Source: a virus. From it: a stretch of 38,480 nt of DNA. The stretch lies in the IMG/VR virus record IMGVR_UViG_3300042923_000626; one strand, written 5' to 3'. The stretch's first letter is position 1; each line of letters starts with the position of its first letter. Of the stretch, positions 34,402-38,480 are shown one piece after another. The position numbers were made by a program, and so were the translations under genes. The notes beneath the pieces were generated by a model. The model ran no database searches. It saw only the letters and a program-made list of their open reading frames with translations, and had not been told where the DNA came from.

Positions 34402-34731
34402 TTATATCAACCTCACTTCATATATTTTCTGGAATAATTGCTCAGATTCAATCCAATCTTCAGTTGATTGATAAGCAATTCCATTTGTTTTTAATAAATC
34501 TGTTATTTTTTTCTCAGCTACAGGATCTTTTAAAACTGTATAGAGTTCAATTTGTAAGTTATCTATATCTTTATAGACAATGTCATCTGCCATAAAATTA
34601 GATGAATAAGCAGACAAATAGCATATATAAGGTGGCGTAGGTAAAGGAGTCTTATCGCTTGACTTGAAATGCGAATAAGCCACTGGATAGCCAGTAGCCT
34701 TTAGAATTGTATATATATCATTTAATGTCAT
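34402..34731 (-). CDS. Tail completion/terminator-like protein
   Basis: 109 aa. Call rests on synteny only. Confidence 0.45.
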   Translation of the reverse strand: MTLNDIYTILKATGYPVAYSHFKSSDKTPLPTPPYICYLSAYSSNFMADDIVYKDIDNLQIELYTVLKDPVAEKKITDLLKTNGIAYQSTEDWIESEQLFQKIYEVRLI

Positions 34732-35093
34732 TTACCTATCACCTTCTTTACTCCTTCTACAAATCTGTCACTTATAAATTCTTCTACAGGTCTAATATGT
34801 GCTTTACCTGGAGTCCTTCCACCATCTCTGTTAGCATGACCATATTCAAGTAAATGCGTCAATTGATAATGTTCTTTATTATAAATGACTTGCTTACCAT
34901 CAATTTTGCTTGTAGTCCAACTATTAGCATATTGCCCAGATGTTTTAGACTCTGATTTTGGGCTTGCAGCCTTCAACATTTCAACCGCCTTTTTTGCATT
35001 TGTTATTTTTTCTTTTTCAATGCCTTTAGTGACTTCATCTGTATATTCTGATAAGGCTTTTGCTATTTCATTTGCTAAATTTATATTAGACAT
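34728..35093 (-). CDS. HK97 gp10-family head-tail joining protein
   Basis: 121 aa from the ATG at 35093 (GAAGGTGG RBS). MSNINLANEIAKALSEYTDEV... Confidence 0.65.
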   Translation of the reverse strand: MSNINLANEIAKALSEYTDEVTKGIEKEKITNAKKAVEMLKAASPKSESKTSGQYANSWTTSKIDGKQVIYNKEHYQLTHLLEYGHANRDGGRTPGKAHIRPVEEFISDRFVEGVKKVIGK

Positions 35094-35409
35094 TACCTGC
35101 CACCTTCTCACATGTTAACTCTAATTCTTCAGAATTTTTCTTATATGTTTTTATAACTCTATATTTTTCCTTTGGCGTATCATCTTCACTAAATTCTATA
35201 TAAGTTTCTTTACTGTATTCGTAAGGATGAATTGTAAAGATGATTGAAGGTTTTAAACCAGCCATTGAAGCACTATAGAATTCACCTCGACTTATGGAAT
35301 TAACTTCACAAAATACAGTGGTTTCTATAGGTGGACCAGGTATTGGATTTCCTATATCGTCATATTCAATAGTTCCTTCTCCTATCAATGTCAATTCGTT
35401 ATTCCACAT
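35086..35409 (-). CDS. Head closure protein (head-tail adaptor)
   Basis: 107 aa. Supported by synteny and a typical N-terminus. Confidence 0.6.
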   Translation of the reverse strand: MWNNELTLIGEGTIEYDDIGNPIPGPPIETTVFCEVNSISRGEFYSASMAGLKPSIIFTIHPYEYSKETYIEFSEDDTPKEKYRVIKTYKKNSEELELTCEKVAGNV

Positions 35410-35683
35410 TAGTAGTCACCTCTGTATTGTAATCACCACATAATGCAAGTGATACCTTTAGAGAATCATAAGACCTTTGATATTTCTCTGAATCTTTATT
35501 ATCTAATCCGAAATTAGCTTTGCAATAAATTTTAATAGCTTGTTGAATCAATGGATCTTCTTCAGTTATTTTTTTAATTCCAGCAAGGCTTAAATCAATT
35601 TTACATGCTTCAATTAAGTCTGTTATTTCATCATCTAAAGATGATATTTTTATTCTAAGAGCTTGTTTTATTTTTTCTAACAT
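35399..35683 (-). CDS. gp6-like head-tail connector protein
   Basis: 94 aa. LKQALRI...DDEITDLIEACKIDL is the typical Phage_connect_1 pattern. Confidence 0.65.
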   Translation of the reverse strand: MLEKIKQALRIKISSLDDEITDLIEACKIDLSLAGIKKITEEDPLIQQAIKIYCKANFGLDNKDSEKYQRSYDSLKVSLALCGDYNTEVTTNVE

Positions 35684-35704
35684 TTAATCACCTCTCTAAA
35701 GGCA

Positions 35705-35732
35705 TAATAAAAGACCTATTAACGCATAGGTC
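35705..35732 (-). terminator. Hairpin/partial terminator after the major capsid gene
   Basis: Minus strand GACCTAT-gcgtta-ATAGGTC followed by TTTTATTAT. Confidence 0.5.
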
Positions 35733-35760
35733 AAGCGAGATAATTGGATCACCAGCCTTT

Positions 35761-36978
35761 CTAAACAGACTTTTTAGTAATAGTAACAAGTGAATTTTTA
35801 TCAATAACTTTACCATCAACAAGCATAATTGCTTTTGTCACTAGATCATCAGTTTCATTATCTTCATAATTCTTAATAGTCATATTAAGATTAGTATTTA
35901 ATACATAATCCTTCATGCTAAATAATGCTATAACCTTTATATCTGCTGTTGGAGCATCAACATAACTATCCATATAGTCATTTAATACTACTGTTCTGCC
36001 TAGTAATATTCTTTCAGGCTTTCCGTTAATACCATAGTTAGTTCTTGCTACAGGTTGACCATTTGAATCCTTAATTGATGAATAAGCCATAAATGTCTTC
36101 TTAGTCATTAACCAAACTGCATCACTATCATAAGCTAAAGGCAATGCTGCTTCAGCGCTCTCTAAATGATCTAATTTAGGTTTATCTGCTTTAGCAACAT
36201 CAATATTTTGTCCAGTAACTACAGTTTCAGTTAAGATTCCTTTAGGTTGGTTAGTTCCAGAACCACTAATTATAGATTGCTCTATAGCTTTAGTCATAGC
36301 TTCAACAACATTGTTAATTAATGTTTGTTCAAATATTGGAAGTGCCATTGTGTCAACTTCTAAAGAGTTAGAAACTGCACATCTTAATTTGAAGTAGCCA
36401 AAATCAATATAATCTACAGTCTTCTTTTGCTTATCGCTTGTAGCACCTTCAGATACCCATGTAGCAACTGGCTTCAAGCTTGATACTGGTACTTTAACTC
36501 CACCTTTAATGTTTGTTCTAGTAATTAAAGGAAGGATCATTCCTGTTGATTCCATTTTTTCAACTATTTTCGATAAAACAGTTTCAGGAATAAGAACTCC
36601 TATATCACCAGTTTTAGTGCTTGCATTTGCATTTTTAAATTGTGATGGCATTGGTTCTTTATTTACAACATAATTCATAAATGCCTTTCTATAATCTGTG
36701 CTGTTAGTAAAGTTTTCATCCTCTGTATTGCCTATAGAGTCAATTACTTTCATTGGTTCATTAGTTTTAACGCCACCTGCATAAACATTAGTTATCTTTG
36801 TGTTATCCTTTAGGGCATTAAGATTAGCTGCTGCTTTTACCTCATTTTCGAATTGTTCATCAAGCTTATTGATCTCTTCCATTTTTGCATTAGCTTCTTC
36901 AATTTTCCCTTCATTGATTAAACTTTCAGCCATTGCCATTAATTCATTTCTTTGTGCTAAATATTTTTCTTTATTCAT
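35761..36978 (-). CDS. Major capsid protein, HK97 family
   Basis: 405 aa from the ATG at 36978 (GGAGG 9 nt upstream). N-terminal coiled-coil delta-like region, then the capsid fold region. Confidence 0.9.
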   Translation of the reverse strand: MNKEKYLAQRNELMAMAESLINEGKIEEANAKMEEINKLDEQFENEVKAAANLNALKDNTKITNVYAGGVKTNEPMKVIDSIGNTEDENFTNSTDYRKAFMNYVVNKEPMPSQFKNANASTKTGDIGVLIPETVLSKIVEKMESTGMILPLITRTNIKGGVKVPVSSLKPVATWVSEGATSDKQKKTVDYIDFGYFKLRCAVSNSLEVDTMALPIFEQTLINNVVEAMTKAIEQSIISGSGTNQPKGILTETVVTGQNIDVAKADKPKLDHLESAEAALPLAYDSDAVWLMTKKTFMAYSSIKDSNGQPVARTNYGINGKPERILLGRTVVLNDYMDSYVDAPTADIKVIALFSMKDYVLNTNLNMTIKNYEDNETDDLVTKAIMLVDGKVIDKNSLVTITKKSV

Positions 36979-36979
36979 T

Positions 36980-37678
36980 TTACATTCCTCCAAGTTTTAA
37001 TAAATTTAATTTTGCTTTTGCTTTTTGAGCATTAAAAAAATCCATATCTTTATTAGATAATGGATTACTTTGCATTTTTGAATTTCTCATTTTTTCTATT
37101 ACCTCTAAAGGCAATAAATTTGATTGTATACTTGCCACTAGATTAACTTGTCCATTATTAAACATTATTTCATCAATGAACTTATTTTCTAGTGCCTGCT
37201 GAGGTGTTAACCAAGTTTCTTGATTCATCATATTTAATAAATCAGCTTCGCTCATTCCTGTTTTAAGTCTATAGGCATTTGCAATAGTAGTGTTGGCATT
37301 TTTTAATACATCTGAAGCATGTTGCATGTCTCTATAATCGCCACTACTTCGCGTAGATACATTATGTATCATCATTTGTCCAGTAGGTGACATTAAAATA
37401 TTATTACCTGCCATAGCAATTACACTTGCCGCACTTGCTGCCAATCCTACAATTTTGGTAGTTACATTTCCGCTATAGGATTTTAGAGTTGTATAAATTT
37501 CACTTCCTGCAAATACATCACCACCACCAGAATTAATTTCAACCTCTAGATCATCACCATTAGCTTCAAAAATAGCTTCATTAACTGATTTAGGACTTGT
37601 TGCATCCATACCAAACCAATCATAAATCCATTGGTCACCACTTTGAATAATTGCTCCTTTTACACTTACTTTCTTCAT
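36980..37678 (-). CDS. ClpP-like head maturation protease (S14)
   Basis: 232 aa with INSGGGDVFAG...GLAASAASVIAMAG. Confidence 0.85.
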   Translation of the reverse strand: MKKVSVKGAIIQSGDQWIYDWFGMDATSPKSVNEAIFEANGDDLEVEINSGGGDVFAGSEIYTTLKSYSGNVTTKIVGLAASAASVIAMAGNNILMSPTGQMMIHNVSTRSSGDYRDMQHASDVLKNANTTIANAYRLKTGMSEADLLNMMNQETWLTPQQALENKFIDEIMFNNGQVNLVASIQSNLLPLEVIEKMRNSKMQSNPLSNKDMDFFNAQKAKAKLNLLKLGGM

Positions 37679-37681
37679 TCA

Positions 37682-38480
37682 TCATTCACCCCCTTTCAGC
37701 TTATCAAGGATTTTGTTATATAGCTTTTCTTCAATTTCATTTACTACAGCAGTATCTAACCGTCTTATAACTTTATCTCCACCTTCTACAGGCGGTAAAT
37801 TAAGAACTTCTCTCCATTCATTAGGCGTTAATGCGCCTCTATCTACCATTTGTAATAAGTTCAATTTAGTAGCCATACTAGCATATTGAAGATTATTAGC
37901 AGCATAAATAATTTGATTTCCAAAACCTCTTTCACGCCTATTAAATAGCTTTCTCGTATCTTCAGCACTCCATTGTAACGCTATAGGCTCAATCTCACTC
38001 TCATAATATGCGTTCCATTCATCTTCGCTGTATTTGCTTTGTACTATCTTTTCGTTAGTATTAAAAAAGCTGTATATTCTCTGTGTGGTTCTGTCAATAA
38101 CTGACGCATTGGGAACATAATCTTTAGGTTCTATTTGCTGTGCATCTACTTTATTATCAATTCCAGCTGCTCCACCTGTATTTTCAATATTCAAGAATGT
38201 TTCTGTGAATAAATCTGTTTGTTTTTTTATGTCCTCAGGTCTAACATTTCCAAGATATTTTAATAGCCATCTAATTACACCACTATTTTTAATAGCCTTA
38301 ACTATTCCTTGATCTGTTGTCGTAACAATATTCATCAAAGGTAATAATGATTCCCTTGGGCTTTCTCCAAAAATATCATTTTCATTAATATCCTGTCTTA
38401 AATGAATAATATCAGTGTAAGGATATGTAACAATAACTCCATTACGATTAGTAAATCTTAGGAATAAATCGCCTGTAGAG
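37682..38480 (-). CDS. Portal protein, HK97 family, C-terminal part (continues at 128..525 of the circle)
   Basis: The frame stays open upstream of the track ORF to the window edge. Removing the overlap gives a joined length of 398 aa. Confidence 0.85.
   Translation of the reverse strand, partial: STGDLFLRFTNRNGVIVTYPYTDIIHLRQDINENDIFGESPRESLLPLMNIVTTTDQGIVKAIKNSGVIRWLLKYLGNVRPEDIKKQTDLFTETFLNIENTGGAAGIDNKVDAQQIEPKDYVPNASVIDRTTQRIYSFFNTNEKIVQSKYSEDEWNAYYESEIEPIALQWSAEDTRKLFNRRERGFGNQIIYAANNLQYASMATKLNLLQMVDRGALTPNEWREVLNLPPVEGGDKVIRRLDTAVVNEIEEKLYNKILDKLKGGE
38354..38480. repeat. Terminal direct repeat, identical to 1..127
   Basis: Read directly from the sequence. Confidence 0.95.

Noticed and set aside
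1-38480. TAG stop-codon reassignment as the explanation for so many TAG-containing motifs.
   Set aside because: All long ORFs are intact under the standard code, and genes end in all three stop codons, including TAG. In the contexts examined the motif TAGs fall out of frame or in non-coding DNA.
1-38480. The motif as a restriction-type palindrome CTRYAG (SfcI-like) or CCTNAGG.
   Set aside because: The enrichment needs the asymmetric flank (CCTNTAG). The mirror form CCTACAG/CTGTAGG is rare. CTGCAG is not visibly enriched. A central T or C is also enriched, which does not fit CTRYAG.

Overview
The window is one complete, circularly permuted temperate siphovirus genome. It is AT-rich (about 70% A+T by eye), and gene content suggests a Clostridia-type host. 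Bases 1-127 are identical to 38354-38480, so the unique circle is 38,353 bp, and the breakpoint cuts the portal gene. All genes but two are on the minus strand. Reading in the direction of transcription, the order is: Cro-like repressor and antirepressor (18.5-17.5 kb); small early genes; a recombination and replication module with a P-loop ATPase, a DUF669-like protein with an SSB-type tail, an ERCC4 nuclease and an 865-aa primase-helicase (14-6.4 kb); YopX and a RinA/ArpU-type late activator; a strong terminator; HNH, TerS and TerL; HK97-type portal, ClpP protease and capsid; the siphovirus tail module with a G/T -1 frameshift; a 1088-aa multidomain receptor-binding protein; an acyltransferase moron; holin and amidase. 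The CI-type S24 repressor and the tyrosine integrase are on the plus strand, followed by about 1.2 kb with no credible ORF. No tRNA, rRNA or CRISPR array was seen. Three features go beyond ordinary phage annotation. (1) The heptamer CCTNTAG (best form GCCTRTAGA) is heavily over-represented on both strands, in several reading frames and between genes. This includes 13 perfect CCTATAGG palindromes, and there is a sharp 4-kb motif-free block over the acyltransferase and the distal part of the receptor-binding protein. (2) Two diverged ~400-bp copies of an iteron/AT-rich element sit in inverted orientation exactly at the two boundaries between the early/lysogeny arc and the late arc. (3) The ORF-free integrase-lysin region is packed with phased repeats. 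All counts are hand counts from reading the sequence and need recomputation.
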